A stretch of DNA of 63,648 nt, filler included, from Phoronis australis (taxonomy: Eukaryota; Animalia; Phoronida), in the NCBI GenBank assembly GCA_002633005.1. It is 11 parts of 11 records of this genome, joined end to end, with 100 filler letters (N's around TTAATTAATTAA, not from the genome) between each part and the next. Parts side by side here need not be neighbours in the genome. Positions count along the whole stretch, not along the records: positions 61,485 to 63,648 come from NMRA01001833.1; 10 more parts are not named here. The stretch is one strand, 5' to 3'. The translations under genes were made by a program, and so were the position numbers. This document shows positions 63,277-63,648 of this stretch, in pieces; position 1 is the stretch's first letter; the number at the start of each line of letters is the position of its first letter. The notes beneath the pieces are model-generated. The model did not search any database, was not told where the DNA came from, and was given only the letters and a program-made list of their open reading frames with translations.

Positions 63277-63648
63277 GTCATGGCAACATGTAACCTGGAT
63301 TGGGACTGCAAAACGTAATGTGCACGTGGATGACGGAGGGTAAAGTGAACTTAAGTCCATTCAGGGATATGTCCTCTTCCAAGTTAATTTATGTTAATGT
63401 CTTGAAGAGTTTTTCATAACTGTCACTGTCCACAGAGTGCGTGCCTCATGAACGAAGCCAGCTGTCTATCAGAGTTGCCGAGCGCGAAGAAACAGGGTGC
63501 GAGAGTGGGCGGCAATCAGGCACAGATCGGATTGGGGATTAGTGTCGGGGAGGGAAATTAGAGGCACAAGGACCTGGGGCGGATATATGGTGGCGACCGC
63601 GATAGATCAGATGGCATTGTTCCGTATACGTCTTCTATGGGAATAATC

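Overview
Eukaryotic, AT-rich, intron-containing DNA from an animal, probably a marine invertebrate; the taxon cannot be fixed from the sequence alone. The window is not contiguous: it is 11 contigs joined by ten identical 100-bp artificial linkers (N44-TTAATTAATTAA-N44), so adjacency across linkers is unproven. Recognisable genes are all truncated by contig ends or otherwise incomplete. They are an intronless CH25H-like sterol hydroxylase, a signal peptide+PAN+FN3 gene with a possible downstream ILEI exon, RPAP1 (9 coding exons) head-to-head with TCTE1/DRC5, a multi-MAM-domain gene, EIF3I head-to-head with TMEM234, a lone sushi exon and one tRNA-Leu(AAG). The rest is dense in mobile DNA: a HERO-type non-LTR fragment, a Kolobok/'Mutator-like' transposase pseudogene, THAP relics, hAT-, Harbinger- and P-like MITEs, foldbacks and satellites. 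The most notable items are: (1) a young TRIM whose 152-bp LTRs carry a tRNA-derived Pol III promoter (Helenus/TRIMp3-like), plus a solo LTR, both at CTAG sites inside EIF3I intron 1; (2) a 174-bp satellite built around a ~17+9+17 palindrome whose asymmetric core is flipped in some units; (3) the EIF3I-TMEM234 divergent pair with a U12 donor; (4) a Penelope-type hammerhead relic and a P-type excision footprint. All homology calls come from recalled family motifs, not from database searches.
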